Positions 33,718-45,545 of a stretch of DNA of 64,000 nt are shown in pieces. The stretch spans positions 94,528 to 158,527 of the forward strand of contig JAGWAG010000001.1 in the NCBI GenBank assembly GCA_021296535.1. The letters run 5' to 3'. A program made the position numbers and the translations under genes. The notes beneath the pieces were generated by a model that was not told where the DNA came from, made no database searches, and saw only the letters and a program-made list of their open reading frames with translations. The stretch is from Acidobacteriota bacterium. Its GTDB lineage: Bacteria > Acidobacteriota > Thermoanaerobaculia > Multivoradales > Multivoraceae. Position 1 is the stretch's first letter, and every line of letters starts with the position of its first letter.

Positions 33718-33755
33718 AACGGCCGCAGACTAGCAGCCGTCGCGGTCTTCCCATC

Positions 33756-35254
33756 TCACGCCGGGTCGGGATCCTCCGCCAGCCCGATCACCTCGTCATA
33801 CAGCTCGGCACGCCGCCGCCGCAGGCGCTCCACGGTGCCGGTGCGCAGGCCCACCGTCCACAGTGCCCTCAGACCGTGACCGAGCTCGGCGATCAGGCGG
33901 TGGTAGCGGAGGCCGAGCAGCGCCGATGCCGAACAGAGACCGAGCATCCCGGCAACACGCACCCAGAGGGCTTCGGGCACCCAGTCGAACCCCGGCAAGG
34001 GCTCGGTCCAGGCGATGCCGACCGCCAGGCTGGCGACGATCCACGCCGTCGGCAGAATGACGAGACCGAGCATCATCTTGAGCCCCGCCTGCTCCTTTCT
34101 GGTCTTCGAGAGCTTCTTCGCGCCGAGCGCCACCAGGAGGGCCGCCGGCAGGTTGATCAGGTTGCCGACCAGAACGACGGTCGGCAGAAGCAGAAGCATG
34201 ACCAGCGCCTCGGCACCAAGCAGCCCCAGGCGTAGGACCGTCCGTGCCAGCGGCACGCCGTCCAGCTCCCGGTCATTCAGGCCCAGCAGTCGAAGCGCGT
34301 CGTCGTAGCGCCTCACCCTGTCCAGGAGGCTTGCCGTCCCCTCAGGGTCGATGGCGCTCCGCGTACCGTAGCCGGTCCAGACGCGGGCAAAGCCCTCGTC
34401 CCTTTCGCGCATCGGAGCCCGCCGCAACCGCTCGCCCGCCCGGGCGGCAGTCTCGGCCCGCACCAACGACCGCACCCGCTCCATCGCCCGGTGAATGCCC
34501 CAACTCTCCGTCGGGTGGGTCACATCGACCAGTTGCTCCTCGATCACGCCCGTCATCCGTTCGACGAACGTGTCCATCGACGGATCGCCCGCAAGATCGG
34601 CCGGCAACTCAACCGGTGGGTGGAAGGTCACCAGAGCCCGGGACCGGAACCTGTGTTTTCGCTCGTAGTGCAGCCCGACCGGCACGAGCGCCGGGTCGCC
34701 TCCGTTCTCCCGCGCCAGTTGGAACAGGCGCGCCGCTCCGGCCCGCAACTCGAGCAGGCTCGGCTCGTCGTGTGTGGCCCCTTCGGGGAAGATGGCCACG
34801 AAAGACTGGCGGGCCGCCCTGGCAAGGGCGGCAACACTCCGGTGGTTCGCCGCCCGGCGTTCCCGATCGCTTGCCGGGGCGCCCGCTTCACCGCGATCCC
34901 GAGCCCGGTACAGTGGCACGGCGCCGACGCCGCGCAGCAGCCAGCCCACGATGGGCAGACGGAACAGGCCGTGACGGGCCCCGAACGTGACCGGCCGCGG
35001 ACAGAAGCCGAGGATCAGGATGCCGTCGGCGAGACCGTTGGGGTGCCAGGCGACGAGCAGGCCGCCACCATCCTGAGGTACGTTCTCTCTCCCCGTGACC
35101 TCGACCCTGCGGAAGAACAGCCTCGCCAGCATCCGCAGAAAGAACGTCAGGCAACGCCTTCGGAACCCGGGTGGCGCGTTCCGCGCCACCCGTGAACCAT
35201 CCGTACGGCCGTCATCGGGCGTACGGATGGCACCCGGTGGATCGACGCAGTTCA
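33756..35254 (-). CDS. Lysophospholipid/glycerol-phosphate acyltransferase (PlsC family) with C-terminal TM helices
   Basis: HPNGLAD (HxxxxD), FPEG, PVGLHY. Start uncertain. Confidence 0.85.
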
Positions 35255-35311
35255 TAGACGCAGTTCGCAGACGCAATTGTACGCCACCGGAGACCCCCGG
35301 AATGCCCCAAC

Positions 35312-35359
35312 CGTCCGACCGGTCGGACGCTTGACAACTCCTTTCCCCGGCCCTACCGT
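35312..35359 (+). promoter_or_regulatory. 18-bp perfect palindrome abutting a sigma70 promoter
   Basis: CGTCCGACCGGTCGGACG (35312-35329), then TTGACA (35331)-N17-TACCGT (35354). Confidence 0.7.
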
Positions 35360-35389
35360 CTCCTCATCGATGCAATGGAAGGAGGCGCC

Positions 35390-35479
35390 ATGACACCGCC
35401 GGGCCATCTTCAGCCCCCGGCCCACCTGAGCCGAAGCGCCCAGGATGCGAAGCCGGGGGCCGCCAAGTCCGCAGCCTGA
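35390..35479 (+). CDS. Candidate 29-aa small ORF / leader peptide
   Basis: AAGGAGG SD, then ATG; MTPPGHLQPPAHLSRSAQDAKPGAAKSAA*; directly downstream of the promoter. Confidence 0.4.
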   Translation: MTPPGHLQPPAHLSRSAQDAKPGAAKSAA

Positions 35480-35647
35480 GTGGACGAACGACATCCGGCC
35501 GCTTGACCGTCACCTGAATCGCCCGCGCATCTCAGTCGGATCACTGATCTGAACCGGATCGCGACGAGGCCAACCGGAACGAGTCGAGGCCCAGCGGGCG
35601 CCGAACGCCCACCGCGAAAACGCATCCATCCAGGCTTTGGACACCTC

Positions 35648-35677
35648 CGAGAGCGCAGGTTGACACCTGCGCTCTCG
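35648..35677. terminator. 13-bp perfect stem hairpin
   Basis: CGAGAGCGCAGGT-tgac-ACCTGCGCTCTCG; no U tract. Confidence 0.45.
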
Positions 35678-35776
35678 CTGCGTTCAGGCGTGCCGAACGC
35701 GCAGCACCCGGCCGCAGCCGCGGCCCGTCCCGGTACCGGATCGAGGTTCCCGGAGGTGGTTTCCGTCTAAGTCAGT

Positions 35777-37294
35777 GTGATTGCCTACATGAGTTCCGCG
35801 ACGCCCTGGGGCATCGAGGCGCGAGAGGTCCAGGTGGAGGTGGGGGCCGACTTCGGTCTGCCCGCGATGCAGTTGATCGGGTTGCCGGACACCGCCGTGC
35901 GCGAAAGCCGCGACCGGGTCCGTTCCGCGATCCGTAACAGCGGCTACGACCTGAAGAACCGCAACGTGGTGATCAATCTCGCCCCGGCCGACCTGAAGAA
36001 GGAAGGCAATCAGCTCGACCTGGCGATCGCTCTTGGCCTCCTCACCGCCCACCGCGAGCTGACGACCGATTCGCTGGAAGGCCGCATGGCCTGTGGCGAA
36101 CTGGGCCTGGACGGCGAGGTACGTCCCATCCGGGGCGCCCTTCAGGTCGCCGAGTTGGCCGGCCGGCTCGGCATCCGCGAACTCCTGCTCCCGGCCGCCA
36201 ACAGCCGCCAGGCCGCGGCGCTTTCCGGGACCCCGGTGATTCCGATCACGCACCTCCGCGAGGCGATCCAGCACCTGAGCGGCGACCTGACCATCGCCCC
36301 GGCCACCCCGCTGCCCCGTGCCCGGGCGAACGGCGCGATTCCGGACTTCTCCGATGTCCGGGGCCAGGAAACCGCCAAGCGAGCGCTCGAGGTCGCAGCC
36401 GCCGGGGGCCACAACGTCCTCTTCATGGGGCCGCCGGGCACCGGCAAGACGATGCTCGCTCGCCGGTTGCCGGGCATCCTGCCTCCACTCGGTGAAACGG
36501 AAGCGATCACCGTCACCAAGATTCACTCGCTCTCGGGCTCCGCGCGTGGCAACGCACTGCTGTGGACACGCCCTTTCCGCAGCCCGCACGCCGGGGTTTC
36601 GTCGTCCGGACTGATCGGGGGCGGCTCCATGCCGCGCCCCGGAGAGATCAGCCTCGCACACGGCGGCGTGCTGTTCCTCGACGAACTGCCCGAGTTCCGG
36701 CGCGACGCGCTGGAAGCGCTGCGCCAGCCGCTCGAGGACGGCGTCGTCACCGTCGTCAGGGCTCAGGCCCGACTTACGTTTCCGGCCCGCTTCACCCTGG
36801 TCGCCGCCTGCAACCCCTGCCGTTGCGGCCATCTTGGAGATCCCCGCGCGGAATGCGTCTGTACCACACGGGACATTGACCGCTACCGCCGTCAGCTCTC
36901 GGGACCTCTGCTCGACCGAATCGATCTCCACGTCGAGATGCCGGTGCCCAGTCTGGAGGAACTCAAGGGCCCGGCATGTGAAACGTCCGCCTCGATCGCT
37001 GAGCGCGTGGCGGCCACCAGACGCACCCAGGCCTCCCGGTTCCCAGCCGGACATCCGACTCCGTTGAACAGCGCGATGACGCGACGGGAACTCGATCGCT
37101 ACTGCCGACCGACGGCCGCCGCACAAAGCCTCATCGACGCCGCGTTCGAGCGCCTGGCCATGTCCGCGCGGGCTCTGACCCGTGCGCTCAAGGTCGCTCG
37201 CACGATCGCCGACCTGGACGAGTCCCCCAAGGTCGACGTCACCCACGTTGCGGAGGCGATCCAGTACCGACCGCTGGATCGCAGCGGACCGTGA
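35777..37294 (+). CDS. comM: YifB/ComM Mg-chelatase-like AAA+ ATPase
   Basis: GLPDTAVRESRDRV, NLAPADLKKEG, GPPGTGKT, RPFRSPH, GVLFLDELPEF, NPCRCG, SGPLLDRID. Confidence 0.93.
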   Translation: MIAYMSSATPWGIEAREVQVEVGADFGLPAMQLIGLPDTAVRESRDRVRSAIRNSGYDLKNRNVVINLAPADLKKEGNQLDLAIALGLLTAHRELTTDSLEGRMACGELGLDGEVRPIRGALQVAELAGRLGIRELLLPAANSRQAAALSGTPVIPITHLREAIQHLSGDLTIAPATPLPRARANGAIPDFSDVRGQETAKRALEVAAAGGHNVLFMGPPGTGKTMLARRLPGILPPLGETEAITVTKIHSLSGSARGNALLWTRPFRSPHAGVSSSGLIGGGSMPRPGEISLAHGGVLFLDELPEFRRDALEALRQPLEDGVVTVVRAQARLTFPARFTLVAACNPCRCGHLGDPRAECVCTTRDIDRYRRQLSGPLLDRIDLHVEMPVPSLEELKGPACETSASIAERVAATRRTQASRFPAGHPTPLNSAMTRRELDRYCRPTAAAQSLIDAAFERLAMSARALTRALKVARTIADLDESPKVDVTHVAEAIQYRPLDRSGP

Positions 37295-37429
37295 CGTCGA
37301 AGCAGAAGGCGGCCCGGCCGGGCTCTCCCCTCCGCCCCGTCCGGCCGCCCACTAACGACCGCAGGCGGGTGCTGCTAGAGTCACTCCGTCGATCCGGTAC
37401 TCCGCGCCGCCCTCGGGAGGGCCGGTTTC

Positions 37430-37458
37430 TTGACATCGATCCGCGCAAGACGGACAAT
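37430..37458 (+). promoter_or_regulatory. Sigma70 promoter for M23 peptidase-secA
   Basis: TTGACA-N17-GACAAT. Confidence 0.65.
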
Positions 37459-37534
37459 ATTCGGGTTCTTCTATACATCGGGCCCCGGCGACTGACGCCC
37501 GCAGCGACTCAGCCCCACACAGGCTTCTTTCAGC

Positions 37535-38422
37535 ATGCGATCCAGGTTTCACACGATTGTCTTCGTCCCGCATTCCCAGAAGCGGACCCGACAGTTCCGT
37601 GTCAGCAGTCGCTGGTTGACGGCCGTCGCGGCTGCAACGGCCCTCGTCCTGGGGTTTGTCGGCTGGGTCTCCGTCACCCAGATGCGGTCGGCGGCGGAAC
37701 TCCGCGACCTTGCCCGCATCGAGCGCGAGAACGAGCAGTTGCGTCGTGCGAACGATACCTTCGAAGCCAGCATCTCTCGCCTGCAGCGAGCGCTGACCGA
37801 CGCCGAGGACCGCACTCGCGACCTCGCGATCGTCGCCGGTCTCGAGCAGATGGTGGGTGGCGAACCGCAGACTCGCCCATCCGAGACTGGCGCCGGCGGC
37901 GGCTACTCGAGCCCCACGGTTTCCAGCAGTCACGACCTGTCGCTGCTCGAAGCTCGAGCCTCCCGGCTCGACGGCCAGCTCGACGAGGTGAAGGGGGCCG
38001 TCGAGGATCGCCTTCTTCTGCTCCGTTCCACGCCCATGACCTCGCCCGTGCGTGGCGTGATCAACAGCGGTTTCGGTTTCCGCCGCGATCCGATCACCGG
38101 GCAGCGTGCCCACCACGACGGCATCGACATCTCGGCAGGCCGTGGCCAGCCGGTCTTCGCGACGGCCGACGGCATCGTCGTGCGCGCTGCAAGGGCGGGC
38201 AACCTGGGGCGCGCCGTCTACGTGGTCCACCGCTTCGGCTACGAAACGCGCTTCGGCCATCTGTCGAAGATACTGGTCGAAGAGGGCCAGGAGGTGCGGC
38301 GCGGCGACACGCTGGGCTGGGTCGGCAACTCCGGGCGAGCGACCGGCTACCACCTGCACTACGAAGTCCGTCGCGGCGGCGACACGCGCGACCCCTTCGA
38401 GTTCATGCGAGACCAGGGATAG
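37535..38422 (+). CDS. M23 family peptidoglycan endopeptidase (TM + coiled coil + LytM domain)
   Basis: HDGID, FGHLS, GNSGRATGYHLHYEV. Confidence 0.93.
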   Translation: MRSRFHTIVFVPHSQKRTRQFRVSSRWLTAVAAATALVLGFVGWVSVTQMRSAAELRDLARIERENEQLRRANDTFEASISRLQRALTDAEDRTRDLAIVAGLEQMVGGEPQTRPSETGAGGGYSSPTVSSSHDLSLLEARASRLDGQLDEVKGAVEDRLLLLRSTPMTSPVRGVINSGFGFRRDPITGQRAHHDGIDISAGRGQPVFATADGIVVRAARAGNLGRAVYVVHRFGYETRFGHLSKILVEEGQEVRRGDTLGWVGNSGRATGYHLHYEVRRGGDTRDPFEFMRDQG

Positions 38423-38545
38423 CGGCAGCACCGCGACCGCGGACGTGTCGCGCCCCGGGGAACTCACACACGGCGAATCGTCGCTGCGAATCGGCAGAGT
38501 GTCCGGGCTCGCCGCAGTCGCGCACCTTCCCACGGAAACGAGTCG

Positions 38546-41380
<2,835 letters not shown>

Positions 41381-41486
41381 AAGTCGGCACGAACGCCCCG
41401 GAATCGGCACGGAGCGGCGCCCGGAACCGCCCCCCGCCGACCAGGCGTGCGGATGCGCGCCGCCTTCCCAGTTGATAGCGTTCGGC

Positions 41487-42968
41487 ATGGAAACGCCGGA
41501 TTCCGGGGGTGACGCCCCCGCACTTGCCCTTACCTTCGACGACGTCCTTCTGGCGCCGGGCCTGTCGGAGGTGCATCCGAACGATGTCCGCCTCGACACC
41601 CGCATCACGCGCGGGATCGAGCTGAATATCCCGTTGATCTCGGCCGCGATGGACACCGTGACCGAGGCCGAGTTGGCGATTGCCCTGGCTCAGGAGGGCG
41701 GCATCGGGGTAGTCCACAAGAACCTGACGATCGACGACCAGGCCACCGAGGTTGACCGGGTCAAGCGCTCAGAGGCGGGCATGATCGTCAACCCGATCAC
41801 GATCCGGCCCGAGCGGCTCATCCACGAAGCGCTCGACCTGATGGCCCGCTACAAGATCTCCGGCGTCCCGGTGACCGACGGCGACGGCCACCTGGTCGGC
41901 ATCCTGACCAACCGCGACCTGCGGTTCGAGACAAACCTGGGCCTGCCCGTGTCCGACCTGATGACCCACGAGAACCTCGTCACCGTTCCGGAGGGAACGA
42001 CTCTCGAACAGGCCAAGGCCCAGCTTCACCGCCACCGGATCGAGAAACTCCTCGTCGTGGACGACGAGGGCAACCTGAAGGGCCTGATCACGGTCAAGGA
42101 CATTCAGAAGATGATGCAGTACCCGATCGCCTGCAAGGACGACCTCGGTCGTCTCCGCGTGGCGGCGGCGGTCGGGACCGCAGGCGACTACCTGGAACGG
42201 GCGCACGCGCTGGCGGCGGCCCAGGCCGACGTCCTCGTCGTGGACTCCTCTCACGCCCACAGCCTCGGCGTCCTCGAGGCGACCGCCCGGATCCGCGAGG
42301 CACTGCCCGACGCTCAACTCCTCGTCGGCAACGTGGCGACGGCTGAAGGCGCACGATCGCTCGCTGAGCGCGGCGCGGACGGGATCAAGGTCGGCATCGG
42401 CCCGGGGAGCATCTGCACCACACGCGTCGTCACCGGCGCCGGCATGCCCCAGGTGACGGCAATCCGCGACGCCGCCGGCGCCGCCGGCGATCTGCCCATC
42501 GTCGCCGACGGCGGTATCCGCTTCTCGGGCGACCTGACCAAGGCGCTGGCCTGCGGCGCTCACGGCGTGATGGTCGGCTCCCTGCTCGCCGGCACCGAGG
42601 AAAGCCCCGGCGAGACGATCCTCTATCAGGGCCGCAGCTACAAGGCGTATCGGGGCATGGGCTCCCTGTCCGCGATGGCCGAAGGCAGCGCCGAGCGGTA
42701 CTTCCAGTCGGACGATCAGCCGCTATCGAAGCTGGTCCCGGAGGGCATCGAGGGAATGGTCCCCCACAAGGGCAGCGTGCACCAGGTCATCGCCCAACTA
42801 ACCGGCGGCCTGCGCGCTGGCATGGGCCTCTCCGGCTGCGGGAGCATCGGCGAACTGAGAACCTCCGCCCGCATGGTCCGGGTCACCGCCGCGGGCCAGA
42901 AGGAAGGCCACGCCCACGACGTGGTGATCACGAAAGAGTCGCCCAACTACTGGGTCGACCGCAGTTGA
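41487..42968 (+). CDS. guaB: IMP dehydrogenase
   Basis: [20 protein letters not shown] pair, [23 protein letters not shown]. Confidence 0.98.
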   Translation: METPDSGGDAPALALTFDDVLLAPGLSEVHPNDVRLDTRITRGIELNIPLISAAMDTVTEAELAIALAQEGGIGVVHKNLTIDDQATEVDRVKRSEAGMIVNPITIRPERLIHEALDLMARYKISGVPVTDGDGHLVGILTNRDLRFETNLGLPVSDLMTHENLVTVPEGTTLEQAKAQLHRHRIEKLLVVDDEGNLKGLITVKDIQKMMQYPIACKDDLGRLRVAAAVGTAGDYLERAHALAAAQADVLVVDSSHAHSLGVLEATARIREALPDAQLLVGNVATAEGARSLAERGADGIKVGIGPGSICTTRVVTGAGMPQVTAIRDAAGAAGDLPIVADGGIRFSGDLTKALACGAHGVMVGSLLAGTEESPGETILYQGRSYKAYRGMGSLSAMAEGSAERYFQSDDQPLSKLVPEGIEGMVPHKGSVHQVIAQLTGGLRAGMGLSGCGSIGELRTSARMVRVTAAGQKEGHAHDVVITKESPNYWVDRS

Positions 42969-42981
42969 GCCTGCCGTCAAC

Positions 42982-44217
42982 CTACGCCACGTTCCAGGCG
43001 CGGGGATCGAGATCGTAGGGCAAACGCGTGAGACTCGTCATGCCGTTCTCGGTCACGACGACAAGATCCTCGAGACGCACACCCCACCCGGCTTCCGGGT
43101 CGTAGAGCCCGGGTTCGATCGTCACCACGTCGCCGGCCCGGAGTTCCTCCGTGCCCGGTCCGCTTTCCCGGAAGCTGGGCAGTTCGTGCAGTTCGTAGCC
43201 GACGCCGTGGCCGAGCAGGTGGAAGTAACCCCTTTGCGCGCCGGGGTTCCTGTCGGGCACCTCGAAGCCCGCGTTCTCGAACAGGCGGCACACACGCTCG
43301 TGCAGGGTCCATCCCCGCACGCCGGGCCGAACGGCCTCGAGACTCGTATCGAGCGCTTCCAGCACGAGGCCGTGCGCTCGCAGCAGGTTCTCCGGCGGCT
43401 CGCCGACGCAGAAGGTCCTCGTACAGTCGGCGAAGAGGAGGCCCCTCGGGAACAGGTCGACGACGACGGACTCGCCTGCCCTGAGAACCCGTTCCGGGGT
43501 GCCAGTGCTGTGGCCGGTCGCTCCCTCCTCCGCTGGAGCGACAATGGAGCTCTCGGGCTGTTCCAGACCGCGGCCGGCGAACACCTGAGCCGCAAGCCCC
43601 TTGACCCGGGCCACGGTAAGACGCTCCTCCGCGAACCACAGCTCCTTTCCCGTTCGGATCGAGCAGCCGGCCAGCATCCGCGCCACCGATTCGAAGGCCT
43701 CGACCGTTGCTCGACCGGCGACGGCAATCCCCTCGATCTCGCGCGGGGTCTTGGTCCGGCGGAGCGCCAGCATCACTCGGCGTCCCGAGACAGGCTTCCA
43801 TCCGCCTTCTTCGAGGGTCCCCGCCATTGCCAGGGCAGCGCCCGCCACCGGCCGGCCAGCAACCGCCACTCGACCCGGGACAACGCCGGCTCGAGCGAAT
43901 GCCGCCATGACCGCCGCCGCGAGAATCTCCGCGGAGGTCTTCCCTTCGCGCCGAAGGGTCTCCATCCCGAAGTCGGCCGGGTGAATCAGCTCGACGCCCC
44001 CGGCCTCAGCGCGGGCCGCCTCATCCCGCTCCATCGGCGTGAAGTACGCGAGAAAGGCGCCACCGCCATGTGCCACCACGCAGGCATCTCCCAAGCGGGC
44101 GCCTCCGACGAAGGGCAGCAGATCCGGGTCGCGGCTCGACCCGGCGAGCACCAGGAGAGCCTCGGCCTCCTCCCCGGCCAGCAACTCGGCCAGAAGTTCG
44201 CTGCGCGGCCAGGTCAT
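42982..44217 (-). CDS. Xaa-Pro aminopeptidase family (M24)
   Basis: VVDLFPR, ADCTRT, HLLGHGVG, HELP, TIEPGLY, GVRLED. Confidence 0.9.
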   Translation of the reverse strand: MTWPRSELLAELLAGEEAEALLVLAGSSRDPDLLPFVGGARLGDACVVAHGGGAFLAYFTPMERDEAARAEAGGVELIHPADFGMETLRREGKTSAEILAAAVMAAFARAGVVPGRVAVAGRPVAGAALAMAGTLEEGGWKPVSGRRVMLALRRTKTPREIEGIAVAGRATVEAFESVARMLAGCSIRTGKELWFAEERLTVARVKGLAAQVFAGRGLEQPESSIVAPAEEGATGHSTGTPERVLRAGESVVVDLFPRGLLFADCTRTFCVGEPPENLLRAHGLVLEALDTSLEAVRPGVRGWTLHERVCRLFENAGFEVPDRNPGAQRGYFHLLGHGVGYELHELPSFRESGPGTEELRAGDVVTIEPGLYDPEAGWGVRLEDLVVVTENGMTSLTRLPYDLDPRAWNVA

Positions 44218-44236
44218 CCCGGCGCCCCAAAGCTCC

Positions 44237-44566
44237 CTAGACGTGGTCGTCCAGGAACGCCTGGAACTGCATCTTCGGAGCCGCGCCGGTCATGCGACCG
44301 GCGATCTCACCATCCTTGAACAGGATGAAGTGCGGGATCCCCTGCACGCCGTAACGCACGGCGACGTCCTGGGCATGGTCGACATCCAGCTTGGCGATCC
44401 TGAGCCGGCCGTCGTATTCATCCGCGAGCTCGTCGAGTACCGGGGCCACCATGCGGCAGGGGCCGCACCAGGTAGCCCAGAAGTCGACCAGAACCGGGCT
44501 ATCGGCGCCCAGCACCTGGTCCTCGAAGCTCTGGCTGTCCACGTTGAAAATCTGTTCGCTTGCCAT
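44237..44566 (-). CDS. trxA: Thioredoxin
   Basis: DFWATWCGPC, GIP; 109 aa. Confidence 0.97.
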   Translation of the reverse strand: MASEQIFNVDSQSFEDQVLGADSPVLVDFWATWCGPCRMVAPVLDELADEYDGRLRIAKLDVDHAQDVAVRYGVQGIPHFILFKDGEIAGRMTGAAPKMQFQAFLDDHV

Positions 44567-44594
44567 GGGGTTTAGGTCCCTCGTGTCAGGTTAG

Positions 44595-45545
44595 TCAGTT
44601 GGTGGGACTCTCGAGACGGAGAAAGTACTCCCGCGCCGCGTCGGCGTCACGTCCTATCTGCGCGGAAAGGTCCATCATCGACGAGAACAGCTTCTCCTCG
44701 CGAAGGTGCCGGCAGAACGACAGCTCGACGCGCTCGCCATACACATCGCTCGAAAAGTCCAGGATGTGGCTCTCGATCACCCGCCGGTAGTTCTCGTACA
44801 CGGTCGGCCGGGTGCCGATGTTCGTCACGGACCGGAACGCCGCCTCGAAGCTGGGAAAGTACACCTTGGTCACGTACACACCGTTGTGCGGGTAGAGTTC
44901 GTTCTCGGGCGCCAGGTTGATCGTCGGCCACCCGAGCCGCTGCCCCATCCGGTCGCCGCGGGCGATCGTGCCCGTCATTGTGTACGGACGTCCGAGCAGA
45001 TCGTTCGCCTCGGCGATCCTGCCTTCCAGCACGAGGCCGCGGATCCGGCTGCTCGACACCCGCTCGCCACCCGAACGCACTTCGTCGATCTCCACCGCCG
45101 CGAAGCCGCAGGACGCTCCCATCTCCTTGAGCAGCGCCATGTTGCCCTCACGCCGGCGGCCGAAGGTGAAGTTCGAGCCGACATAGAGCTCGGCAACCCC
45201 GAGCTGGCCATGCAGAAAGTCCCGCACGAACGATCGGGCCCGGGTATTCGAGAACTCATGCGAGAAGTGGATCGTGAGCACGTACTCGATGCCGGCCGCC
45301 GCCAGCAGGGCCTCCTTCTGGTCCTGGGTCACCAGCCGCGGCGGCGCTTCGTCCGGTCGGACGACGCTCAGGGGATGCGGATCGAAGGTGATCACGGCAG
45401 AAGGAACGCCGACTTCCCGGGCACGGCCGGCCACCATGTCCAGCACGCTCTGCTGGCCGATGTGGATTCCGTCGTAGTTGCCGATCGTGGCGATCACGCC
45501 ACGCGGCAGTTCCGTCGACTTCATCGCGTCCCGGATCGCCGGCAT
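44595..45545 (-). CDS. ribF: Bifunctional riboflavin kinase / FAD synthetase
   Basis: GNYDGIHIGQ, TFDPHP, VSSSRIR, LLGRPY, GWPTIN, NIGTRPT, ESHILDF. Confidence 0.95.
   Translation of the reverse strand: MPAIRDAMKSTELPRGVIATIGNYDGIHIGQQSVLDMVAGRAREVGVPSAVITFDPHPLSVVRPDEAPPRLVTQDQKEALLAAAGIEYVLTIHFSHEFSNTRARSFVRDFLHGQLGVAELYVGSNFTFGRRREGNMALLKEMGASCGFAAVEIDEVRSGGERVSSSRIRGLVLEGRIAEANDLLGRPYTMTGTIARGDRMGQRLGWPTINLAPENELYPHNGVYVTKVYFPSFEAAFRSVTNIGTRPTVYENYRRVIESHILDFSSDVYGERVELSFCRHLREEKLFSSMMDLSAQIGRDADAAREYFLRLESPTN

Noticed and set aside
35360..35776. Possible 6S, SRP, RNase P or tmRNA gene
   Set aside because: Diagnostic motifs (GAGGAAAGTCC, SRP GGAA-loop domain, tRNA-like ends) were not found. 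Kept only as an unknown RNA candidate; 6S cannot be fully excluded by eye.
41381..41440. Imperfect direct repeat TCGGCACG...CCCGGAA after secA
   Set aside because: Two short degenerate copies with no supportable function.
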